DNA of 6,669 nucleotides from a virus (Duplodnaviria; Heunggongvirae; Uroviricota; Caudoviricetes): IMG/VR virus record IMGVR_UViG_2671180781_000011; one strand, 5' to 3'. Shown piece by piece: positions 1 to 5,901 of this stretch (position 1 is its first letter; each line of letters starts with the position of its first letter). The notes under the pieces were generated by a model. It saw only the letters and a program-made list of their open reading frames with translations, ran no database searches and was not told where the DNA came from. The position numbers and the translations under genes were made by a program.

Positions 1-44
1 GCCCGCTGACGGACTTCGGGGGAAAAACGAGTATTTTTAGTCAT
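1..44 (-). CDS. IS3-family transposase OrfA, N-terminal 14 codons only (partial, continues beyond window start)
   Basis: ATG at 44-42 on the - strand, followed by MTKNTRFSPEVRQR; an AGAGG-like SD lies a few nt upstream on the - strand (complement of about 51-56). Confidence 0.65.
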   Translation of the reverse strand, partial: MTKNTRFSPEVRQR

Positions 45-98
45 CCTGTTTACCTCTTTCTCAGGGAGTTTAGTCTCCAGGATTTCCGGGGCGGTTCA
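1..98 (-). mobile_element. Terminal part of an IS629-like (IS3 family) insertion sequence; the element end is at about position 98 and the rest lies left of the window
   Basis: Reverse complement of 90-98 is TGAACCGCC, a TG-initiated terminal repeat typical of IS3-family ends. Reverse complement of 1-44 encodes MTKNTRFSPEVRQR, which I recognise as the N-terminus of IS629/IS1203-type OrfA. The exact boundary and any target duplication cannot be confirmed with only one end in view. Confidence 0.7.
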
Positions 99-123
99 GA
101 ATGCAACTACACATATTCGTTTT

Positions 124-1851
124 GTGCTGTTGTGCCAGCCTCACGAAAACGTTCGCGAACTGGAGGTCATGACGGGGCTACAGCGCGAGGGCCTGCAGGG
201 ATGGAATCTCGATACGGTAGCTGTCGTTGTAAACGATATCGGAGGATTTGCCACCGCTATGGGATACGAGCAGCTACGGGCTTACACTGGTGGTCTTCCC
301 CTGTATGTAGAGAGCGCCGCAAAAATCGCCGTTTCTGATTATGAGCGTAATGTCGATGCTCTGTGTGCTGAACTCCAGCAACAAACCCATACTGCGGAAA
401 CCGCCCAAGAAATTATTCTGTCACGTGTATTTCAGGGATTTGAATCACTACTTCAGAGCGCGCTGGCATTGTTCAGTCTCTCTGACGTAGGGCTGAGTCG
501 CGAAGAGATTTCTACGCTCCTAATCAATTCGCTGAACATTTCACCAAGCAGTGCTGCTTCTTTAATTAGGAAAATGCGCGCTACTGGCACTATTGAAATT
601 TATGGAAACCAGACCCTGAAGGTACATGATGCTGTCAGGGGGCTAGGACTGCAACATCTGGAACTGATGGATCAGGGTATATCGAACAAAGCGCTACTAG
701 CGCTGAAAGACCTTTTAGTTGAAAGTCTTCATAATACCCGCAATACAAAACGGTTATCGTTGTTGACTCAACTTTATATTAAGCTCAATGATGTCACGAC
801 GTTGATCGAACTCTCAGGCCAAGAAATGTTTTATGAGATGGGCGTGACGGTCGACATTCTTGCAAGCTTGGAGCGTGCTGCAACATCGGACTTATTGGGA
901 CCTGTTCATAAATTCTGGGCATTGGATGGCCTTGTTTTCGTTGAGCTTAAAGACGGAATATCCGACCACATTGCTCAGAGGTTAAACATCATGGGAGCTT
1001 TACTTGCGGAGCACAAGTTCGGCTATCAAGAAGAGATGGCCTATGCAATGAAACGAATGTTATTTTCGGCAGAAAGCAATGATGCACGAGAAGTTCAAAA
1101 GCTGGCACAGGAAGTCCGCCCCCAACTCCCAGATGAAGAACATAAACGCATCTTTGACTACAACCATGCCATTGCACTCTGGAGATTAAAAAAACTCAAG
1201 GATGCTGAAACATTAAGCTGTAATGTTATACAAGGGTACTATTCTTTATTTGGTATCACACCTGCTGATGTCATAGGAAAAAACGCCGACGCATTATGGA
1301 AAACTATTAATCATTCCGAAAATATGCAGGAACACTTTAAACATATGGCTGATGCTCTGGAGTTGCTGGCCAGAATTCGTGATGCGCAGGGAAAACTGTC
1401 ACCATTACTGCGTATTCATTCGATGAAGTTCTACAATCTGGCCATGGCCCCGGAATCCATGGTCAGGGTGGGCCAAGATCTGGCGGATGAGTTTGTTGCC
1501 ATAAAGGATTACGACGGTGCCAAGGAAGTCATGGAGCAACATGTCCTGCCGGTTGTCAATGAGGCAGGTCTAGTACATCGACTGATTCAGGTTCGAAGCC
1601 AATACGCAGTCATATTAGCACTATCGGGTCAGCATAAAGCAGCTGATGTCGAAATGCAGCGCCTTGCTCCCTATATCGAAGGCCTCACAGGTGTACAGCG
1701 TCAAGAAATCCAAAATCAATCAAATTACATCGTACAGCTTGCCCATAAAGCAGCAAAGACTAAATTAACTGAAGTTTTTGGTGCGGTCGGCCGGAATGAA
1801 CAATGCCCCTGTGGCTCGGGAATAAAGTACAAAAAATGTCACGGTGCCTGA
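124..1851 (+). CDS. Large protein of unknown function with a C-terminal SEC-C-type Cys3His zinc-binding motif; likely prophage accessory (moron) gene; 5' end uncertain and possibly disrupted by the adjacent IS
   Basis: 575-codon open frame ending ...EQCPCGSGIKYKKCHGA (CxC-x8-CH, the SecA/YecA-type SEC-C knuckle). GTG at 124 has no SD; the first in-frame ATG at 169 has GGAGG only 2 nt upstream. The frame stays open back to the IS junction at 98/99. Sampled stretches are about 32-42% GC, lower than the downstream phage genes. Confidence 0.55.
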   Translation: MLLCQPHENVRELEVMTGLQREGLQGWNLDTVAVVVNDIGGFATAMGYEQLRAYTGGLPLYVESAAKIAVSDYERNVDALCAELQQQTHTAETAQEIILSRVFQGFESLLQSALALFSLSDVGLSREEISTLLINSLNISPSSAASLIRKMRATGTIEIYGNQTLKVHDAVRGLGLQHLELMDQGISNKALLALKDLLVESLHNTRNTKRLSLLTQLYIKLNDVTTLIELSGQEMFYEMGVTVDILASLERAATSDLLGPVHKFWALDGLVFVELKDGISDHIAQRLNIMGALLAEHKFGYQEEMAYAMKRMLFSAESNDAREVQKLAQEVRPQLPDEEHKRIFDYNHAIALWRLKKLKDAETLSCNVIQGYYSLFGITPADVIGKNADALWKTINHSENMQEHFKHMADALELLARIRDAQGKLSPLLRIHSMKFYNLAMAPESMVRVGQDLADEFVAIKDYDGAKEVMEQHVLPVVNEAGLVHRLIQVRSQYAVILALSGQHKAADVEMQRLAPYIEGLTGVQRQEIQNQSNYIVQLAHKAAKTKLTEVFGAVGRNEQCPCGSGIKYKKCHGA

Positions 1852-1924
1852 GTCTTTGTACGACCATGCGGGCCTTATTGTCTTGCTATTGCTCTTATGG
1901 TTCGCCTTTCTGATTGATTTCATA

Positions 1925-1953
1925 TTGGCGAGGTGACGGGAGTTAAGTAGAAT
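1925..1953 (+). promoter_or_regulatory. Candidate sigma70 promoter of the hok mRNA
   Basis: -35 TTGGCG (1925-1930), 17-nt spacer, -10 TAGAAT (1948-1953); predicted start near 1960, placing the tac-like element at the mRNA 5' end. Confidence 0.4.
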
Positions 1954-1957
1954 GGCT

Positions 1958-1971
1958 GCGGGTGCTTGAGG
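1958..1971 (+). promoter_or_regulatory. hok mRNA 5' element (tac/ucb-like) complementary to a 3' fbi-like element at 2334-2348
   Basis: GCGGGTGCTTGAGG (1958-1971) pairs with CCTCAATGCACCCGC (2334-2348): 8 bp plus 6 bp with a single-nt bulge. This 5'/3' fold-back is the hallmark of hok-family mRNAs. Confidence 0.5.
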
Positions 1972-2128
1972 CTATCTGTCTCAGGCATGAACACCAAAGG
2001 CAGATAGAGAAAAGCCCCAGTTAACATTACGCGTCCTGCAAGACGCTTAACATTAATCTGAGGCTCAATCTATGAACGGCAAATCTAGGTTAGCCTCTTA
2101 CGTGCCGAAAGGCAAGGAGAAGCAGGCT

Positions 2129-2284
2129 ATGAAGCAGCAAAAGGCGATGTTAATCGTCCTGATCGTCATCTGTTTAACCGTCATAGTGACGGCACTGGTA
2201 ACGAGGAAAGACCTCTGCGAGGTACGAATCCGAACCGGCCAGACGGAGGTCGCTGTCTTCACAGCTTACGAACCTGAGGAGTAA
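2129..2284 (+). CDS. hok: Hok/Gef-family type I toxin (small membrane-depolarising peptide, 51 aa)
   Basis: Translation MKQQKAMLIVLIVICLTVIVTALVTRKDLCEVRIRTGQTEVAVFTAYEPEE, which I recognise as close to E. coli HokD/RelF. SD AGGAG (2115-2119) lies 9 nt before ATG 2129; stop TAA at 2282-2284. An in-frame upstream ATG at 2072 (SD GAGG 2060-2063) gives the 70-aa ORF in the supplied track, a possible mok-like leader. Confidence 0.85.
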   Translation: MKQQKAMLIVLIVICLTVIVTALVTRKDLCEVRIRTGQTEVAVFTAYEPEE

Positions 2285-2352
2285 GAGACCAGGCGGGGGA
2301 GAAATCCCTCGCCACCTCTGATGTGTCAGGCATCCTCAATGCACCCGCACTT

Positions 2353-2379
2353 AACCCGCTTCGGCGGGTTTTGTTTTTT
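2353..2379 (+). terminator. Rho-independent terminator, 3' end of the hok transcript
   Basis: Stem CCCGC (2355-2359) / GCGGG (2364-2368) with a UUCG tetraloop, followed by TTTTGTTTTTT. Confidence 0.75.
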
Positions 2380-2451
2380 CCTGGCATTCTGGTTTACAAT
2401 TCGCACGCCAGCCTGAACAACTGGCACCTGCTGCGCCAGCAGAGACAACCG

Positions 2452-2730
2452 ATGGCGCACGATACCAAATTACACAATTCTAATGATTCTGCTGTCTTTG
2501 CCAGCAGGTGCGGACGGCGTTTTCACGCATTCACATCAGACTGGTTCCAGCATCCTCCATGCACTGAAGAGCAGGCTGAATGGATAATTCAGTGTTACCG
2601 CAGGCGTGGATACGAGGTTAAGAAAGCTCTTAGTCTCGACTATCGTCACTGGATAATCTCAGTCAGACTCCCTTACTCCGAACGCCCACCGCGTCCGTCC
2701 CGCACATTCCAGCAACGCATCTGGAGGTAA
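2452..2730 (+). CDS. Small prophage protein of unknown function (Rem-like by position between hok and the DUF968 gene)
   Basis: The track ORF 2323..2730 overlaps the hok terminator, so the first ATG beyond it (2452) is the more plausible start, giving 92 aa (MAHDTKLHNSNDSAVF...). Its stop TAA (2728-2730) overlaps the SD region of the next gene. Only a weak SD precedes 2452. Confidence 0.45.
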   Translation: MAHDTKLHNSNDSAVFASRCGRRFHAFTSDWFQHPPCTEEQAEWIIQCYRRRGYEVKKALSLDYRHWIISVRLPYSERPPRPSRTFQQRIWR

Positions 2731-2731
2731 C

Positions 2732-3787
2732 GTGCGGGTATTACTTCGACCTGTTCTGGTACCGGAACTCGGGCTGGTGATCGTTAAGCCGGGCCGTGAA
2801 TCCATGCCGGTATTCCACAATACCCGGGTACTGGTGGAGCCGGAACCGAAAAGCATGCGTAATCTGCCGTCCGGGGTCGTTCCTGCCGTTCGCCAGCCGC
2901 TGGTGGAAGACAAAACATTGCTGCCGTTTTTCAGTAACGCACGGGTGATTCGTGCTGCTGGTGGTGCTGGTGCATTGTCTGACTGGCTGTTGCGCCATAT
3001 TAAATCCTGCCAGTGGCCACACGGCGATTATCATCACAGCGAAACCGTCATTCACCGTTATGGTACCGGCGCAATGGTGTTGTGCTGGCACTGCGACAAC
3101 CAGTTGCGTGACCAGACCTCCGAATCACTCGGGCAACTTGCTCATCAAAACCTGTCAGCATGGATGATTGACGTCATCGGTCACGCAATAAGCGGTACGC
3201 AGGAGCGTGAATTATCTTTGGCTGAATTATCCTGGTGGGCGGTCCGCAATCAGGTGGCGGACGCGCTACCGGAAGCGGTATTACGTCGTTCGCTGGGGTT
3301 GCGTGCGGAAAAAATCCGCTCAATGTACCGTGAAAGCGACATCGTGCCGGGAGAGCAGACCGCCACCAGCATACTGAAGCAGCGCACAAAAAATCTTGCG
3401 CCGATGCCTCACGCCCACCAGCAAAACCCGCCACAGGAAAAGACGGTGGTAAGCATTGCCGTTGATCCGGAGTCACCGGCTCAGTATCTCCAGCGCCAGA
3501 AACCACAACGGGAAGAGATGCCCGTATACACGCGCTGGGTAAAAACGCAGAAATGCATGACGTGTGGCAATCAGGCAGATGATCCGCATCACATCATTGG
3601 TCATGGACTAGGAGGGATGGGAACGAAGGCTGACGATTTGTTTGTTATTCCGCTGTGCCGTAAATGTCATAACGAACTGCACGCCGGGGTAAAAGATTTT
3701 GAAGAAAAACACGGCAGCCAGCTGTTGTTGCTGATTCGTTTTTTAATGCACGCGAGAAATTCGGGCGTCCTGAAGTGGAAAGCATAA
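2732..3787 (+). CDS. DUF968/YdfU-like prophage protein with a C-terminal HNH-like zinc-finger motif (possible nuclease)
   Basis: 351 codons from GTG 2732, with GGAGG (2723-2727) upstream. The C-terminus carries C-x2-C ... HH ... C-x2-C-H-x3-H (CMTCGNQADDPHH...PLCRKCHNELH). Position immediately upstream of rusA and Q matches the lambdoid nin-Q region. The family assignment is from memory, not a search. Confidence 0.65.
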   Translation: MRVLLRPVLVPELGLVIVKPGRESMPVFHNTRVLVEPEPKSMRNLPSGVVPAVRQPLVEDKTLLPFFSNARVIRAAGGAGALSDWLLRHIKSCQWPHGDYHHSETVIHRYGTGAMVLCWHCDNQLRDQTSESLGQLAHQNLSAWMIDVIGHAISGTQERELSLAELSWWAVRNQVADALPEAVLRRSLGLRAEKIRSMYRESDIVPGEQTATSILKQRTKNLAPMPHAHQQNPPQEKTVVSIAVDPESPAQYLQRQKPQREEMPVYTRWVKTQKCMTCGNQADDPHHIIGHGLGGMGTKADDLFVIPLCRKCHNELHAGVKDFEEKHGSQLLLLIRFLMHARNSGVLKWKA

Positions 3788-4153
3788 ATGACTGAACGCA
3801 TAGAATTTGTTTTGCCTTACCCGCCAACGGTGAATACTTACTGGCGACGTCGTGGCAGCACATATTTTGTATCAAAAGTCGGTGAGCGTTATCGCCGTGA
3901 TGTGGCACTAATTGTTCGCCAGCAGCGGTTGAAATTAAACCTGTCCGGAAGGCTGGCAATAAAAATTATTGCAGAGCCACCGGATAAGCGCCGTCGTGAC
4001 CTGGACAATATCCTGAAGGCACCACTGGATGCACTGACGCATGCGGGGCTGCTCATAGACGACGAGCAGTTTGATGAAATCAATATTGTGCGCGGTCAGC
4101 TTGTTCCTGGTGGGCGGTTGGGGATAAAAATCACAGAACTGGGGTGCGCATGA
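3788..4153 (+). CDS. rusA: Holliday junction resolvase RusA (crossover junction endodeoxyribonuclease)
   Basis: 121 aa; ATG 3788 directly follows the upstream stop (TAAATG). The product carries PYPPTVNTYW, the acidic cluster DKRRRDLDNILKAPLDAL and GGRLGIKITELG, matching the RusA family as I recall it. Confidence 0.88.
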   Translation: MTERIEFVLPYPPTVNTYWRRRGSTYFVSKVGERYRRDVALIVRQQRLKLNLSGRLAIKIIAEPPDKRRRDLDNILKAPLDALTHAGLLIDDEQFDEINIVRGQLVPGGRLGIKITELGCA

Positions 4154-4839
4154 ATAACCAGTATTTACAGTTTGTGCGTGAGCAGCTCATTATCGCCACC
4201 GCTGATTTGAGTGGGGCAACAAAAGGTCAGCTTGAAGCCTGGCAGGAGAATGCCATGTTCGATACAGGGCGTTACAGGCGTAAAAAAATCCGGTACCGCG
4301 ATGAAGTGACTGGAAAAATGATAACGCGGGATAATCCCCCAATCCCGGGAAAGCAATCGCTGGCGAAGGGGACGTCAATTCCTCTGGTCAGTCCGATTGA
4401 GTTTTCGACATCATCGTGGCGGCGGGCTGTTCTGTCTCTTGAAGAACATCATAAAGCCTGGTTGTTGTGGTGTTACAGCGGGAGTATTTGTTGGGAATAT
4501 CAGATCGCGATAACACAGTGGGCGTGGAATGAATTTAATACTCAATCCGGTACCAGAAAAATTGCAGGGAAAACGCAGGAACGCCTGAAAAAATTAATCT
4601 GGCTGGCGGCGCAGGCAGTAAAAGCAGAACTTTTTGGTGGGGAAGGTTATGAATACAAGGAGCTGGCATTACTGGTGGGAGTGACAACTAAAAACTGGTC
4701 CAAAACATTTACTCGTCACTGGGTTGCAATGAAACACATTTTTCACCGACTGGATAGTGAGGCTTTATTGTTTGTAATGAGAACGCGTTCAAAACAAAAG
4801 GCGGCATTTTCAAAGCAAAGTGTTGCAAAAGTAGATTGA
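4150..4839 (+). CDS. Lambdoid late-gene antitermination protein Q (Q-family)
   Basis: 229 aa from ATG 4150, which overlaps the rusA stop as ATGA; the track's GTG 4144 is the alternative start. It lies just upstream of a promoter-plus-terminator module and the tRNA cluster, the canonical Q position. Confidence 0.75.
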   Translation: MNNQYLQFVREQLIIATADLSGATKGQLEAWQENAMFDTGRYRRKKIRYRDEVTGKMITRDNPPIPGKQSLAKGTSIPLVSPIEFSTSSWRRAVLSLEEHHKAWLLWCYSGSICWEYQIAITQWAWNEFNTQSGTRKIAGKTQERLKKLIWLAAQAVKAELFGGEGYEYKELALLVGVTTKNWSKTFTRHWVAMKHIFHRLDSEALLFVMRTRSKQKAAFSKQSVAKVD

Positions 4840-4851
4840 AAGGCATATATT
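4823..4851 (+). promoter_or_regulatory. Candidate late promoter PR'-like (sigma70)
   Basis: -35 TTGCAA (4823-4828), 17-nt spacer, -10 TATATT (4846-4851), overlapping and just past the Q stop codon (4837-4839); predicted start near 4858. Confidence 0.4.
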
Positions 4852-4902
4852 TCATGCAAATCTGATATTTTGCCGATTTTGTACGTGATGGCAAAAGCAA
4901 AC

Positions 4903-4929
4903 AAAACCCGCCCACAAGCGGGTTTTTTT
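4903..4929 (+). terminator. Rho-independent terminator (tR'-like), target of Q antitermination
   Basis: AAAA + CCCGC (4907-4911) / loop CCACAA / GCGGG (4918-4922) followed by TTTTTTT (4923-4929). It lies about 70 nt downstream of the predicted late promoter start. Confidence 0.7.
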
Positions 4930-5049
4930 GTGCCACTTATCTCGGATAGACATGGTGAATGCGCTGGTGGAGGAAGCAAGGGTAATTTTTAACCAGGTGA
5001 TTCTTGAATGCTTGCAACATTGATTTCGTAACGTTATTATCCTGCGCCC

Positions 5050-5125
5050 GGCCCTTTAGCTCAGTGGTGAGAGCGAGCGACTCATAATCGCCAGGCCGCT
5101 GGTTCAAATCCAGCAAGGGCCACCA
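5050..5125 (+). tRNA. ileZ: tRNA-Ile (anticodon CAU, ileX-like; reads AUA after lysidine modification)
   Basis: 76-nt cloverleaf: acceptor GGCCCTT/AAGGGCC, D-arm GCTC..GAGC, anticodon loop CTCATAA (CAT at 5083-5085), T-arm GCTGG-TTCAAAT-CCAGC, encoded CCA. Closely resembles E. coli ileX. Confidence 0.9.
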
Positions 5126-5132
5126 TCACATA

Positions 5133-5209
5133 CCGCCATTAGCTCATCGGGATAGAACGCCAGCCTTCGAAGCTGGTTTCGCGGGGTTCGAGTCTCCGAT
5201 GGCGGTCCA
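5133..5209 (+). tRNA. argN: tRNA-Arg (anticodon UCG as read from the sequence)
   Basis: Anticodon stem CCAGC/GCTGG with loop CTTCGAA (TCG at 5167-5169), T-arm CGGGG-TTCGAGT-CTCCG, acceptor CCGCCAT/ATGGCGG, encoded CCA. Unusual C1-G72 start and one D-stem mismatch. The gene symbol is by position in the ileZ-argN-argO cluster. Confidence 0.8.
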
Positions 5210-5222
5210 TTATCGGTATTCT

Positions 5223-5299
5223 GCGTTTTTAGCTCAGCCGGACAGAGCAATTGCCTTCTAAGCAATCGGTCACTGGTTCGAACCCAGTACAACGCACCA
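5223..5299 (+). tRNA. argO: tRNA-Arg (anticodon UCU; reads rare AGA/AGG)
   Basis: Acceptor GCGTTTT/ACAACGC (one mismatch), D-arm GCTC..GAGC, anticodon stem ATTGC/GCAAT with loop CTTCTAA (TCT at 5257-5259), T-arm ACTGG-TTCGAAC-CCAGT, encoded CCA. Confidence 0.88.
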
Positions 5300-5468
5300 C
5301 ACTTATTTTCCCTCGCTCGCTTTTGCGGACCTTTTTTGTATCCGCACCACGCCCGGCGCATACCAACCACAGAGCCTTTCGGGGGGAGCTTATGGAGTGG
5401 TCAGTGTGACTTTCTCTGTGGGCAGATCGCTCCCGGGCGTTGGCTCACCCACCCAAAGGAACGTCACG

Positions 5469-5901
5469 ATGTTTGGTATTTTTGGTAAAAAAAGCCCGCA
5501 GAGCGGCAACGGAAATTAGAAAGTTTGAAAAACGCGATCTGGCACAGGTGGTGATTAACGCCGCATACCTGGTGGCCTGTGCAGATGGTGAATGTGAGGC
5601 TTCCTAGAAAGCGAAGATCGAACAGGTACTGCGTAATCAGCCTGCGCTGTACGCGTTTACGTCAGAAATTAATGCGATTAGCGCAACCATTATCGGTCAG
5701 CTGGATACGAACTTTAAAACTGGTCGTCGTGCGGCGTTACGTGAGATCGAGGATGTGAAACACGATACGCGTGAAGCGGAAGATGTGCTGGATGTGGCGG
5801 TGGCCATTGCGGAGGCAGACGGCGAAATTGAGCCGGAAGAGCGCAAGGTGCTGGAAGAGATTGCCGGTGTTCTGGGTCTTCGTCTGGAGAATTACCTGTG
5901 A
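5469..5901 (+). pseudogene. TerB-family (tellurite-resistance-like) protein gene disrupted by a +1 frameshift and an in-frame amber codon
   Basis: ATG 5469 with SD AAGGA (5456-5460) opens MFGIFGKKSPQSGNGN and stops at 5517-5519. The +1 frame continues from the A7 run (5487-5493) as ARRAATEIRKFEKRDLAQVVINAAYLVACADGECEAS, hits TAG at 5605-5607, then continues to TGA 5899-5901 with a second ADGE motif (IAEADGEIEPEERKVLEEIA). The two ADGE-containing helical repeats suggest a TerB fold. Removing one A and the TAG would give a ~143-aa protein. Confidence 0.6.

Noticed and set aside
132-338. 68-aa ORF in an alternative frame inside the SEC-C ORF
   Set aside because: Fully nested out of frame within a much longer, better-supported ORF; Arg/Ser-rich translation typical of an off-frame artefact.
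989-1177. 62-aa minus-strand ORF inside the SEC-C ORF
   Set aside because: Antisense to a long open frame, no SD recognised, low-complexity product.
2323-2451. N-terminal extension of the 135-aa track ORF (start at 2323)
   Set aside because: This segment overlaps the hok fbi element and the UUCG-tetraloop terminator (2353-2379). Translation initiating inside a terminator hairpin is unlikely, so the start at ATG 2452 is preferred.
2659-3091. Minus-strand ORFs 2659..2913 (84 aa) and 2741..3091 (116 aa)
   Set aside because: Antisense to the well-supported DUF968 gene; products are low-complexity and Ser/Thr/Arg-rich.
2952-3167. 71-aa plus-strand ORF inside the DUF968 gene in another frame
   Set aside because: Nested out of frame within a coupled, better-supported CDS.
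3174-4378. Minus-strand ORFs 3174..3506, 3645..3959, 3889..4083, 4165..4356, 4190..4378
   Set aside because: All antisense to the DUF968, rusA and Q coding sequences, which are translationally coupled on the + strand; no independent start signals recognised.
4709-4979. Minus-strand ORFs 4709..4936 and 4743..4979
   Set aside because: They span the Q 3' end, the candidate late promoter and the intrinsic terminator; the regulatory interpretation on the + strand is better supported.
5326-5345. Hairpin-like GCGGA...TCCGC after the third tRNA as a possible terminator
   Set aside because: Long loop and no downstream T-run; not a convincing intrinsic terminator.
5104-5370. 88-aa minus-strand ORF
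   Set aside because: Overlaps all three tRNA genes; an artefact of open frame across structured RNA genes.
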